A stretch of 64,000 nt of DNA from Octopus vulgaris. Lineage: Eukaryota. The stretch is from the NCBI GenBank assembly GCA_951406725.2, contig OX597820.1, positions 74,524,001-74,588,000 on the forward strand, in the 5' to 3' direction. Of this stretch, positions 14,726 through 28,275 are shown in pieces. The notes beneath the pieces are model-generated. The model was not told the DNA's origin, did no database searches, and was given only the letters and a program-made list of their open reading frames with translations. Both the position numbers and the translations under genes were made by a program. Numbering within the stretch: position 1 is the first letter of the stretch; each line of letters starts with the position of its first letter.

Positions 14726-14875
14726 GATGATGATGATGATGATGACGATGATGATCTTGACAACAAAAATGACAAGTATGGTGATAATGATGATGGTGAC
14801 GTTGTCGCTGATGATGATGCTGATGCTGCTACTGATGAAGATGATGATGATGACGACGATGCTGATGTTGATGAT
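14166..14875. repeat. Long degenerate (GAT)n/(GAC)n microsatellite
   Basis: Direct reading; explains poly-M/S/I ORFs. Confidence 0.95.
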
Positions 14876-15699
14876 TGCTTGTTCCCCACATATATATATT
14901 CTCACCATATGTTCCATTATATTTTCTGACAGTTCATCATGCATTCTAACAAGCAGCAGAGGAAACTTTCGCTTTAGCTTTTCATGACCTCGCTTGTCAA
15001 CATCCATCTATTTAGGAATGATTGAGTTCATCTGTACGTTTTGTGTTTCTGTGAACGTGAGCATGTGTGTGTGTGCTTGTTTGTGAATGTTTGTGAGTGT
15101 GCACGCATGTGTGTGTGTGTGTGTATGTTTGGGCATTTATGAATGTGTGTATATGCTCATATGTGCTTGTTTGTAAGAGCGCTTGCACGGTCGTGTTTGT
15201 GACGCCGTGTGACTCCATTGCATTTAAATGTGTCTCTTTCTTGTGTGTATATTTTATGAGTTGACTGCTGATTTAAGATGCATATCCATCCATCCAACCA
15301 GCCATACATGCATACATACAGACATTCATCCATTGATCAATTCACCCATCCATCTGTACACACACACACACACACATGCACACACACGCACGCACACACA
15401 CATATGTAAAGTCGAAATTTGATTCGGGGAATAAAACGGAACTCACGATAAGCGCTACAGCTGAGAAACTGGGTATCTGGTCACACGGTAATTAAATTAC
15501 GACATAAATTAACTGAATTTTACAACTGAAAATTCCACATGTATGAACAGTAATATTTTCACTGAATATTATACAAAAAAAGAAACTGTTGGAGGCAAAA
15601 GAAAGAAAAATTTAAGGATTTAATATTTCTGTAATGTTTACAGCTGTTTCACAATTTACTTCATATTACATCGTGAACTTCGATGCATATATATATGCC

Positions 15700-16010
15700 C
15701 AATTCAGGATCCCAACACATAGGTACACTGCGACATAATTTCTTTTCTTCAACAGGCCCTGCCTTGTTTAACATTGTCCCAAAACTGATTAAAGAGGTAA
15801 AGGATCCCATCACCTTTAAACGGAGTCTGGACAGTTTTCTTCAAGGAATATCAAACAAGCCACCCATACCTGGATACAACTCACTCAACAATAACTCAAA
15901 ACTTAAATGGACCATAAACAAAACTTGACTTAAAGAGGATTTAGATAATCCTATCAGGCGGTGCTATTAAGTTAGACCAATCTTTGGTCGAAACATCTAA
16001 GTTTTATCTA
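15700..16010 (+). mobile_element. CR1/L2-group LINE 3' end
   Basis: HNFFSSTGPALFNIVPKLIK..FKRSLDSFLQGISNKPPIPGY resembles the C-terminus of CR1-group ORF2. Confidence 0.65.
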
Positions 16011-16068
16011 ATTTATATATATATGTAATTTATATATATGTAATTTACATATATGTAATTTACATATA

Positions 16069-16370
16069 TGCAATGGCCCAGTGGTTAGGGCAGCGGACTC
16101 GCGGTCGTACGATCGCGGTTTCGATTCCCAGACCGGGCGTTGTGAGTGTTTATTGAGCGAAAACACCTAAAACTCCACGATGCTCTGGCAGGGGGTGGTG
16201 GCGATCCCTGCTGTACTCTTTCGCCACAACTTTCTCTCACTCTTTCTTCTGTTGGCCTGCTTGCTTAGCCAGCGGGGTGGCGTCATTTGAAGGCTAAAAC
16301 AATGCGAACGCATTGTGACCAGCGATGTGTAACAACATCTGATGGTCTGGTCGGTCACGTGATCACGTGA
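16069..16370 (+). mobile_element. tRNA-derived SINE group 3
   Basis: A box tggcccagtggttagg, B box ggtttcgattcc; full-length match to inverted copy 29183-29489. Confidence 0.88.
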
Positions 16371-16949
16371 TATATATATATATAATATAGACGGAGCATA
16401 AATACGTTAAGGAGACCTGACGCACACAGACACACACTCGCACACACACATATATATATATATATGTTTACAAACGTATATATGCATATGGTGTATGTAT
16501 ATAAATATATATATATATATATGTATATATGTGCGTGTGCATGTACATGCATACATATATGCATACAGACATATATATATAAACGAATTTAGAATTAAAG
16601 TCTTTCACAGTAAAGAATTCGTGTAGCTGCAGTATTTTGACCAAGACAGTAGCGCTACCTTCAATGGTATTCTTAGAAGAATTGAAGATTTATATATCGT
16701 ATAGTAATATATGTATGCGTGTGTGTGTGTATGTGTGTATGTGTGTATGTGAGTGTAGGTGCGTGTGTGTGTTTGAAAATATAGCCGCCGTATGGTACGT
16801 AATGTCCTGATAATATGGACCTTACGCAGGTTTAATGATGTAAAGTGATTCAGTAAGAATCATAGATTTATCCACAACTTTACTACTTCTGGTGCATCGA
16901 TGAAGAAAATACGCAAGCTTCCATCAATTAATAAGGGCTATAAACACTT

Positions 16950-17260
16950 TAAATCAGCACAAGACGTAATATAGTTCTCTGGTGAGATGAGCTTGAACTG
17001 ACCAACGGTTTCTGATGGTTTTCCAGTAATTCTTTTAAAGACATTGAAAGATGCCTGGTAAAACTACTGCGAGTCATTTTCCAGAGATTCACTGCACAGG
17101 ACGAACTTCCTAAAAGAGTGTATAATTTGCTTTCTTTTTTTATAAAACCGGGAGCTGAGTTGGTGGTAAAAAATAGAGACTCATTTCTAGCCTCACGTAT
17201 CAGCTTAGCCATGAAAAGCATTCAAAGAAGAAAACGACCCAATGGCATGCAACACAGCTT
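16950..17260 (-). mobile_element. Possible hAT transposase remnant
   Basis: KLYTLLGSSS followed by frameshifted KPSET/RWS resembles the hAT KPLSETRWS region; very decayed. Confidence 0.3.
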
Positions 17261-17305
17261 CCGTCCATAAAGCCTTACACAGTTACTCTAACATTACGAC
17301 TAGTT

Positions 17306-17460
17306 GGAGGTGCAATGGCCCAGTGGTTTGAGCAGCGGACTCGTGGTCATAGGATCGCGGTTTCAATTCCCAGATCGGGCGTTGTGAGTTTATTGAGCGA
17401 AAACATCTGAAGCTGCACGAGGCTCCGGCAGGGGTTGGTGGCGAACCCTGCCGGAGTTCT
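17306..17460 (+). mobile_element. SINE group 3, 5' part
   Basis: Same head as 16069. Confidence 0.85.
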
Positions 17461-17607
17461 TGGACCACCCTTGAATCTCTCAGACATGCCCGATCACTGT
17501 CAATCAATCTTACTAGCTATGCTTATTATACAAGAGAATCAGACGCTGTCAAGTACCCAGATGCGAACACAAAACCGCAGATAACTCTGACCGTGATATA
17601 CAAGTGG

Positions 17608-18043
17608 GGTGAAGTGGCGAGCTGGCGGAACCGTCAAGATACCGGGCAAAATACTCTGCGACATTTCATCCGTCTCTACGTTCTGAGTTCAGATTCCGCC
17701 GAGGGTCGACTTTGTGTTTCATCTTGGGTGGGATCTATAAAATATATGTTTCTTTATTACCCACAAGGGGCTAAACATAGAGGGGACAAACAAGGACAGA
17801 CAAACGAATTAAGTCGATTACATCGACCCCAGTGTGTAACTGGTACTTAATTTAACGACCCCGAAAGGATGAAAGGCAAAGTCGACCTCGGTGGAATTTG
17901 AACTCAGAACGTAGCGGCAGACGAAATACGGCTACGCATTTCGCCCGGCGTGCTAACGTTTCTGCCAGCTCGCCGCCGGGAGGGATGTAATCGACTAACT
18001 ACCTCTCTCGAAATTGCTGGCTTGTGCCAAAATTTGAAACCAA
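17608..18043. mobile_element. SINE group 2 (+) interrupted by an antiparallel group 2 copy (17744-17977, -)
   Basis: Plus head 17608-17725 and plus tail ~17985-18043 flank a minus-strand copy matching 49121. Confidence 0.75.
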
Positions 18044-18047
18044 TTTA

Positions 18048-18245
18048 TAATTGGGTTAAAGACAACAAAATACAGTTCAATGTTGAGAGATTTGAAGTGC
18101 TTCGCTAGAAACCCACAAACCAATTGACATCATAATACACGGGGACAGTAGGTTTGCAATCACAGGGTCCCTATGTGTGTGTCATCTTGAAATCCACATG
18201 AGTAATGACGCATCATTCCGTTTGCATATTAATAAGATGGCGACA
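18048..18245 (+). mobile_element. CR1-like RT C-terminal fragment
   Basis: NWVKDNKIQFNVERFEVLR and IHMSNDASFRLHI match the W..NNM.FN..K and DLG....D..F..HI motifs. Confidence 0.55.
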
Positions 18246-18255
18246 AAGTGCTAGT

Positions 18256-18510
<255 letters not shown>

Positions 18511-19199
18511 GATCAATGTATTTATCTGTTTGCGTATCTATATACATATATATACACACATAAACCTACATAGTTATACAGTTATACACACATACATACA
18601 GTTATGTACACTTACATACATACATGCATATATACACGCGCGCGCGCGCACATAACAGTTTGTGATGCTCAGGAAAGGAATGACGATTTAGTGCTTGAAA
18701 TGTGTGTGTATATCTGTGCAAGCATGGATATCTTTGTGATCACATATACACAAGTACACGCAAAATACATGACACATTGCCTTGGCGTCCATTTGGTCAA
18801 TCTGACGATCACCTAGAACTGATGCGATGCTTCTTGTCAAAGCAATTTCAGAAACTACACTTGAAAGTCAATTTGCCAGTCACATCAGTAAATAATATCA
18901 CTATTCGATATTTTCTTCATCGTGCTGAATGCTGGTGTTAAAGTAGTTTGAGGGCCATGATAAATTGCAAATGCAAAGACAGATGTACATATGTAGTTCA
19001 TGCGCGTGCGCTCGTATGTGTGTGTGTGTGTGTCTTATAGAGAGAGAGAGAGAGAGAGAGAGAGGAAGAGAAAAATTGAGAGAGAAAGAGAGCGCGAGTG
19101 TGCGTGTATGTGTGTGTGTGTCTGTGTGTATTATGAGACAAAAAACGCCAACTTATGTATAGTCACATTCAGATATATCTGTCTGTCTGTCTGTCTGTT

Positions 19200-19267
<68 letters not shown>

Positions 19268-19303
19268 CGTATGTATGTATGTATGTATGCATTTATGTAT
19301 TTA

Positions 19304-19353
<50 letters not shown>

Positions 19354-19791
19354 TATGCTTACCTATGTATATACATTTACAAACATCCACGCATACGCAC
19401 GCACAAGCACGCACATATTGTGAGAGAGAGATGACAGATGAAAGATATGTAAGATATATAAATGTCCATCGTAAAATAAGCACGAATTACAAGGAAGCAC
19501 AGATACCGAGCTACCGTGACAAGTGGGCCAGAAACCTCATTCAAATCATTCATCGAAAGCCAGCGGATATTTGAGAGGTTATCCATAGAGAAGGTGAAAT
19601 GAAAGTGTGTAATAAAGAATAGAATCAATACCAAATGAAAGTCAGGATGAGGGGCAAAGGTTCGAAATACAATGCAGGAAAAATGTGACGGACGTATTCC
19701 TTGTAGACTCCCACAAAATTTACCACATAAAGGAAGAAATGAGTGTCGCCGTACAGATATGCAAAGCACAGAGAATACATTTATACTTAAA

Positions 19792-20117
19792 GGTGCGTGG
19801 CTTAATAGTTAGGGTATTCGGCTTGCGATTGTAGGGTCGTGATTTCGATTCACGGAGGTGCGCTGTGTCCGTGAGCAAGGCACTTAATTTCACGTTGCTG
19901 CAGTCCACTCAGCTGGCGAAAATGAATAGTGCCTGTATTTCAAGGGGCCAGCCATGTCACATTCTGTCTCACGCTGAATCTCCCTGAGAAGCATGTGAAT
20001 GGGTGGGTACGCACGTCTGTGGAGTGGTGAGCCACTTGCAAGTTAATCCTACGAGCAAGTTCTTCCATTGATCAGGTCAATTGGAACCCTCGTTGTCGTA
20101 AGCGACAGAGTGACAGT
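19792..20117 (+). mobile_element. tRNA-derived SINE (group 3-related)
   Basis: tRNA-like head; 3' module matches 63770-63950. Confidence 0.75.
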
Positions 20118-20187
<70 letters not shown>

Positions 20188-20189
<2 letters not shown>

Positions 20190-20377
20190 ATTCAGTAATT
20201 TCACTGCGGCCATCCTGGAGCACTGCCTTTTGTCGAAAAATCGACCCCAGGATCTTATTCCTTGTAAGCCTAGTACTTATTCTCTCGGCTTCTTTTGCCG
20301 AACAACTAAGCTATGGGAACGTAAGCACACCAACATCGGTTGTCAAGCAATGGTAGGGGTACAAACATGCCCCCCCC

Positions 20378-20452
<75 letters not shown>

Positions 20453-20502
20453 TTCTTTCAGTTTCTGTCTACCAAATCCACTCACAAGGCTTTGGTCGGC
20501 CT
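20188..20502 (-). mobile_element. SINE group 1, 3' two-thirds
   Basis: Revcomp of about 24160-24460. Confidence 0.8.
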
Positions 20503-21176
20503 TAGGCTGGACAAACTGCTTCACGCCATTCCGTCCGTCTCTATGTTCTGACTTGAAAATCTGCCAAGATTGGCTTTGCCTTTCATCCGTTGGCACTCGA
20601 TAAAACAAGTACCAGATGATCACTGAGCTCGATCTAATCGACTTGCGCCCACCCTCATAATTGCTGGCCTTGTTCAAAATTTCGCAACCAATACATACCT
20701 GTATGTTCGTGCGCGTATGACTGTGTGTGTCTCTGTGTGTATATGTCTATGTGCTTTCGTATATATTATGTATGCGAGGATGTGGTGTATCTATGCATGT
20801 TTGTGTACATATATTTGATAGGTAACAGTAATAATAGTGCTTGAGATGTTGGATACATGCTTATAGACACACAGAAAGTCTCACACAAACACATATATTA
20901 ATGAAAAGAGCAACGTTGCGTATTATTATGAACATGAAGTTTTCAAAATGGTGGTGGTAGGAAATGGCTGCCATATTATTACGTTTCACATGTTCTTTCA
21001 AACAGAGGTTTGAGAAAGAATCAACAGAAAATATTTTCATCGGACTTACACACACTGATGCAGTTAGATAAACACAAACATGCACACACAAATGCACACA
21101 CACACACACGCTCATACACACACATTCTTATATTCGGACATATACAAAGGTATGTGCATAAATAAGTATATATGTA

Positions 21177-21219
<43 letters not shown>

Positions 21220-21236
21220 GCGTGTGTGTGTGTGTG

Positions 21237-21289
<53 letters not shown>

Positions 21290-21299
21290 ACGTATATAT

Positions 21300-21990
21300 A
21301 GAAATGGCAAGACAACAAAAGAATGAAGAAGACCTCGATATTATGTAAATAGAGGAATTTATGTGTAAATATAATATGTGACAATTATTCGGTACCCATG
21401 ATAAAACTCAGAATTTCGAATGTCAGGCCGGAAACCCACGCCGGCATCTCTTCAGTTTTCCGGTCATCGGAAAAAATGCTATGGAACTGACCGTTAAAAC
21501 AGGGAAATTACTGTGCGATTGACCATTATTAAGACAAAAGAGCTATTAGAATGACCGCTAAGTGAGGGGAGGGAGTAAAGGTAAGGGAGTAAAAATGTTC
21601 ATAGTAATCGCGTAAGCGCACGTGTACATATATACGAATGCTCACCCGCACATCCACGTACCTGCGTCTATATGCATATACTCATCCACCCTCACTTGAA
21701 ACGCACACATGCTCACCCACACATTCGCCCAAAAATATATATACATACCCGCATACACGCTCACACACACATGCGCACAAAAAAAGTTCATACATACTTC
21801 TATATACGTACATGCCCAAGAAAAAAGAGGGTTAAAAGCAAAATACAGAAAATGTGTAAAAAAAGTGTAAAAAATAAGCAATAAGAGTAAAACACATCTA
21901 TATATGCGCATACTCGCATGCATCCATGCATGCCGAAACTCGGAGTTTTATCATGGCTCCCTAATGATTGTCACATATTATATTTACAGA
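21300..21990. mobile_element. Penelope-like remnant with partial inverted repeat and hammerhead-like motif
   Basis: 21360-21420 is the reverse complement of ~21925-21990; minus strand CTGAAGA...GAAA at ~21413-21456. Confidence 0.5.
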
Positions 21991-21999
21991 TATATGTAC

Positions 22000-22047
<48 letters not shown>

Positions 22048-22077
22048 ACATGTATGTATATATATATATATATATGT

Positions 22078-22141
<64 letters not shown>

Positions 22142-22681
22142 GTGTGGGGAGAGAGACTCAGAAACACACAGAGCAATGGAGCTTATTTATACATTAGGCA
22201 TATATACACAAATACACAAATGTATACACATTTCCACACTGATACATTCACTAATATTGTTTAATACAAATCCACCCCGCCCCCCACACACGCACACAAA
22301 CACATGCAAACATACGCACACGCAGCACAAACACACTCACTTGCTCATACACTGAAATAGAAATATAAGTTCGTATGTTAACATACGTAAATACAGACAA
22401 CTGCTAGGAATCCACTGTCATACAAATACATATACATACAGACATACATATATACATACACACACACACTTAAGTCCACACACATACACACTAATATTAT
22501 TAAATATACATTCAAGTACAATCTAAATCGCTGGTACAGAGACATATACCCTCGTATTTATACACACTTCTGCAGTGAAATACGAAAACATAACCGTGGA
22601 CGTGTGTACCCGCATGTAAACCAACGTTCACATGCATGTATACACATCTGCAAATAGGGTACACACACACATGTGCACGCG

Positions 22682-22726
<45 letters not shown>

Positions 22727-23458
22727 GCACACACATATAGACGAATAAAACTCCCTCGTGCGTGCTTACACAAAAACGTATACAGAGATATGCATACTGA
22801 AACATACACATATAAATACAGACGGATCCCCCCCACATACACACACAGGCATGCATTCACACTCATTCACTCACTCACACACTCAGTCACAGTCACACGT
22901 ATCAACAATCACCGAATCGTAGATTTTAACGATCCTCCATATTTTCCCCGTTATTTTCTCATATTTTAGATAAATATTACAGCAGAAATACATGCGTTGC
23001 TTATCTTTAATATAACATTGTTATATCACCTCATATTTTCCTACCTAGAGACCAATGACAAATGCTTGATAAACAAGCGATAATTGTCAATTCTTCAGGC
23101 CATCATCATATTGTGACATAAATTGTCAATTATCTCGTGTTGCCATAGAAAATATGCATCTTATCGCTAATAACATGATTTACTTCATTTATTTTATATT
23201 TCTTTGTTTTACTGGCTCTTAGTTATTGGACTGCGGTCATACAAGGGTATGGCTGTCTTCAGTGGTTTAGCTGAGATATATTTCATAGCTTTTTTTGTTC
23301 CTCTTTATGTTATTGGTCCTGTTATGAAGCAACTGTGCAGTAGATTTTGAAATACAGGCTTTGCAAAAATAGTAATCATAAGCAGATAAACTGAGACGCA
23401 AAAAACACTGAATGAAGACCACTGAATCACCCTCACATCTTCCATATTATTCTGATGA

Positions 23459-23637
23459 AGGCGACGAGCTGGCAGAATCGATATCACGCCGAGTAGAATG
23501 CTTTGCGTCATTTCGTCCATCTTCAAGTTCTCAAATTTGCCTTTCATTCTTTCGGAGTCGATAAAATAAGTACCAGTAGAGTATTAGCATCGATGTAACC
23601 GACTTAAGCCCCTTTCATGCCAAAATTTAAAACCAGT
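23459..23637 (+). mobile_element. SINE group 2, degenerate
   Basis: aaggcgacgagctggcagaatcg head and ctttcggagtcgataaaataagtacca module. Confidence 0.7.
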
Positions 23638-24063
23638 GTTAATTTTATGATTCGGGGCATGCCAAATCTTCAATATTAATATCCAAGTTCTCCCTTTTAG
23701 CTTGAGTTTATAGTATCAATTCGGATTTCGAATCGCAATATGAGTAAATACATCCTACTTTTTCCCATTTCTTTTTCAATCGAAGTCAACTTCGATAGAC
23801 TTTGTAATTCCCGCAATCCGCTGCGACCAGGTCATCGACCGAGCAATGAGGCGCCTTGGCATAGCCTTTTTATACCGCCTATTTGATGTCGCTGGATCGA
23901 CGCTGACTTATTTGACGTTTAAATTTCTTTTGTCTTAATGCCTCTTTCATTATCTCCTTCTCCCGCTTTCCCTCTATGTATACAAGCATGTTTCTCTTTG
24001 TGTTTGAGGAGAGGGGATGTGTTATGCTAATCGTGTTCAATTTATAAATTGTAATATATATAT

Positions 24064-24476
24064 AGGAGTGGCTGTGTGGTAAGTAGCTTGCTAACCAACC
24101 ACATGGTTCCGGGTTCAGTCCCACTGCGTGGCACCTTGGGCAAGTGTCTTCTGCTATAGCTCCGGGCCGACCAATGCCTTGTGAGTGGATTTGGTAGACG
24201 GAAACTGAAAGAAGCCCGTCGTATATATGTATATATATATATGTGTGTGCGTGTATGTTTGTGTGTCTGTGTCTGTCCCCCTAGCATTGTTTGACAACCG
24301 ATGCTGGTGTGTTTACGTCCCCGTCACTTAGCGGTTCGGCAAAAGAGACCGATAGAATAAGTACTGGGCTTACAAAAGAATAAGTCCCGGGGTCGAGTTG
24401 CTCGATTAAAGGCGGTGCTCCAGCATGGCCGCAGTCAAATGACTGAAACAAGTAAAAGAGTAAAAAGAGTAAAGAG

Positions 24477-24477
<1 letters not shown>
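24064..24477 (+). mobile_element. Full-length SINE group 1 (tRNA head, CORE-like centre, internal TA/TG tract, RTE-like tail)
   Basis: tggctgtgtggtaag / gggttcagtccc boxes; ccttgggcaagtgtctt CORE-like motif; tail ggtgctccagcatggccgcagtc...tgaaac(aagtaaaagag)n. Confidence 0.9.
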
Positions 24478-24508
<31 letters not shown>

Positions 24509-24801
24509 CTCCTACTTTATCCGCTTGTGCCTCCGTCCTCTGTAAATATATGTAAAATAATTGCTTCTCCTTTACCTATTAAATATACATTGCTTCTTTG
24601 TTCTCTGACTTCAGATTTCGTCTCTCATAGCGTTCTTTCAGAAGTACAGAAGAATAGAGAGATGGGTTAACAAATTCTTCTAAACAATACATGGGATATG
24701 CAAGAGAGAGAGAGAAAGAGTGAGAGGGAGAGAGAGAAACAGACAGACAGACAGGCAGACAGGCAGACAGAAAGACATATTGACAAGTAGAAACGGATAG
24801 A

Positions 24802-24848
<47 letters not shown>

Positions 24849-26265
24849 TGTGTGTGTGTGTAAATTGTAAATATGAATGAAAACTATTGAAAGAGAGTCA
24901 ATGTCCTGCTTATTTGCATACCACTGCTTTCGTTGATGTTTCTTATCGTGTTTGTAGATAAGTTGGTAAATATTTTTATATGCGTACGCTCAATAAACAT
25001 TTATGTGGAGTCGCTGTGTAGCTAAAGCAATCGGCTCTCTTTGCATAGAGTGAAAAATTAACTCGACTACTTTCATTGGATATTACCGACTAATTGTATG
25101 TCTATTCGACAGACTAGTGTAAATTTACATACTTAATCCCAAACAGGCTGTCCCAGTACTTACATTTGTATGTATGTGTTCAGTGTGTGTATGTGTGTGT
25201 GTGTGTTTGTTTCTCATACTTGACAAAATGATTAACATATGTTAGGGTCAACAATTTTGTACCGCAGTTGCTTCTGTACTTCATCTCTGAATGCAGTAGT
25301 CGACGTCTAATCAGGCGGTGAGGCAACTCTGTTTAGGTCCCTTTCAGCTTGACACCAGAGTATCCCGAGCTAGATCTAATGGCTTGCTTTATCAGCTGCT
25401 TCCACAAATTTCTGACAATTTTCTGGTAACAACTTTACTGTCCTTTGCAGCTAACCCAATACACCTAAGCATCGAGTGAACCCTGGTTCAAACAAATCAA
25501 AGGCAACAAGGTTGTTTCCTGAACAGGGTCATGGAAGACAACTCAGAGTATTCCTTCAGAAGTGTAGAAGAGTTTTTGACATGGGTTAACAGACACCTTT
25601 CTTTAAAAGAAGGCACATTGCTTCCTATCAATTATTTTCACCGACTTTAACCAACTCACTATACGAGATGCAATCCAGACGATTTGAAACATATTAAGAG
25701 AGCTAGTGTAGTAGTCTACGTAGCTAAATAGTTGAATGATCTCCTTTGCAAGAAGGATTATAGATTAACCTCTCTTAACTATCTCGAAGCGTCTGTGTCA
25801 TGAAACGTGATTCTTAATTATTCAAAAAGCTTAGCGTCTCTCCAGGAAGTTTCTAGAATGTCTAGCGTTCCATTAATAAAAAACAGCTTGCTAACCTTGC
25901 TCTTTGCTTCTTAGTCGATTAGACTTAGAGCCATTCACATCATTGCTATGTCCTTCTATTTCTTTTACGCCACATGACTAAAATCCACTACTTGGCTGTT
26001 ATTTCTATATTTCCTACTTCTGAACTTTCTTGTGTAGATTACTTCGTTCAACTAGATTCTGCATTTTGATTATGTATCATCATCGACCAGTAAATAAAAT
26101 ATATTTTTATGCAGTAAATATATAGTTCTTGAATTTATTCTTCATCTCTATATGAAGTCCTGTAATAATATACCCACAGCTATATTAAAACCTGGTACTG
26201 AATATATATTCCCACTACAGTAGTTATAACTCTTCTAGAATATATCATTATTATACACCTAAGAA

Positions 26266-26552
26266 TGGAGGCGCATGGTCTAATGGTTAGACCAGCGGAC
26301 TCATGGTCACAGGATCACGGATTCGAATCTCAGACCGTGCAATGTGTGTGTTTATGAGCGAGACATTACAGGAAGTAAATGCGAACTTCTGCTGACTCTT
26401 TCTCCACAACTTTCTCTCGCTCTTTCCTCCCGCATCTAGCAGCTCACATACGACGGACCGGCGTCCCGTCCAGGCGGGGAACCTATACGACAATGAAACC
26501 ACGGAAACAGCCCTTATGAGCCTGGCATAGCTCGAGAAGGAACAAACAACAT
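26266..26552 (+). mobile_element. SINE group 3 variant with V-like module
   Basis: tggaggcgcatgg head; gacggaccggcgtcccgtccagg module shared with 28891. Confidence 0.75.
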
Positions 26553-26689
26553 ACATCTAAGAATCTGACCAGTCAACTTTGTATTACAGCTTCGAGGCTG
26601 TAGGAATATTTTGAAAAAAACCTTTAAACACTGCTTGTCACTGCTGACTAGTTTGCAGAAAGCAGTCGGGACGGGAAGACAACTTGGAA

Positions 26690-27570
26690 ATTCGATATGA
26701 AACAAGTTTTTGTGCTAAACTGGGCAACAGCAGTTGAGAAACTTATGAAATGCCCTAAACTGCTTATGGGTTAAGTTGGAGCAGAACGTTCAAGAACAGT
26801 AAGATACGTTGAGAGATGGAGGAAGGAGAGGGACATCAGATCATCAGAGCTGGTTGATGTTCTAAATTCGTAATTTATTGTCATATGTCTACAAAAACAA
26901 TAAGGATATAGTTTGGAGTTACTGCGGCAACTGTACACATAATTATTCAACTGAATATGAGCAAAATTGTGCAAAGATTTTTCTTTGAGTGCTAAATGAC
27001 GAACAGAAGAAAAGATGCATTGGTAACAGCAGAGGGATGGCTGAGCTTGTTATCTCCAATCTAAGAGTATTGGAGTCTCAGTGACTTGTGAGGAAAACTG
27101 GATCTACAGTTATAATCCAGAAAGCAAGAGACAAAGTGACAAAAGGAAGCATTCTGGTTTCTCCGGACTCAAGAATTCCAGGCAAATCAAGGTGATTCCC
27201 TTTACCGGCAGCAATGGTATCATCTACAAAGAATACTTTTCAAAGGTTTAGCGGGAGTTCGAGAGAAGATTTCGTCGCAAAAGATCGGAGCTCTTTCACA
27301 CGGGTTGGTGGTACCTGCCCCAGGGCAATGCACCAGACTACACTTTTATCCTGTTAACCGAGTCCTTGATAGAAGTGGACATAAAAACCTGTCCCTCACT
27401 CACCCTACAATCCATATTTTCACCCTATCAGTTTTGGTTGTTCCTCAAGCTAAAGGAGAATATTAAAGAGGCTGTGACGAGGGTCTTGGACCCCATCACA
27501 TGGAAGGACTCCACGAAATTGCTGGAGAGCTACAAGTGCATTGATGTCGTGGAACCTACTTTGAGTGCGA
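26690..27570 (+). mobile_element. Decayed mariner transposase
   Basis: FCAKLGNSS.ETYEM..TAYG, WIYSYNPESKRQS, RRFRRKRSELF..GWWYLPQGNAP, VPHSPYNP...FWLFLKLK; TIR-like end at ~28470-28504. Confidence 0.75.
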
Positions 27571-27654
27571 TTAGAATGTTGTACGTCTTTAAGATTAATA
27601 AAAGTCTACATTATTTTCATTTGACGGATATTTGTCCTCATTTTGTTTGTTGTT

Positions 27655-27697
27655 AACACATTTCGGCTGATATACACTCTAGCCTTCGTCAGGTGTC
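27655..27697 (-). ncRNA. Minimal type I hammerhead-like motif (degenerate)
   Basis: acac-CTGACGA-a-ggct..agcc-GAAA-t-gtgt; stems I and II pair, stem III/cleavage triplet apparently deleted. Confidence 0.55.
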
Positions 27698-27762
27698 TTG
27701 GGGAAATTTCGAACTTGGGTTCTCATTCCTAAGGTATTATTCGATGTTGTTGTTGTTGTTAT

Positions 27763-27945
27763 TCTTTTACTCTTTTAGTTGTTTCAGTTATTTGACTGCG
27801 GCCATGCTGGAGCACCGCCTTTAGTGGAGCAAATCGACACCAGGACTTATTCTTTGTAAGCATGTACTTATTCACTTTTGCCGAACCGCTAAGTTACGGG
27901 GACGCAAACACACCAGCATTGGTTGTCAAGCGATATTAGGATGAT

Positions 27946-28016
<71 letters not shown>

Positions 28017-28187
28017 CATATATACGACGGGCTTCTTTCAGTTTCCGCCTACCAAATCCACTCACAAGGCTTTGATCAGCCCGAGGCTATAGTAGAAGAC
28101 ACTTGCCCAAGGTGCCACCCCGCCAGACTGAACCCGGAACCATGTGGCTGGTAAGCAATCTACTTACCACACAGCCACCCCTGCACC
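27763..28187 (-). mobile_element. Full-length SINE group 1
   Basis: Revcomp of 24064-24477. Confidence 0.9.
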
Positions 28188-28193
28188 TATACA

Positions 28194-28275
<82 letters not shown>

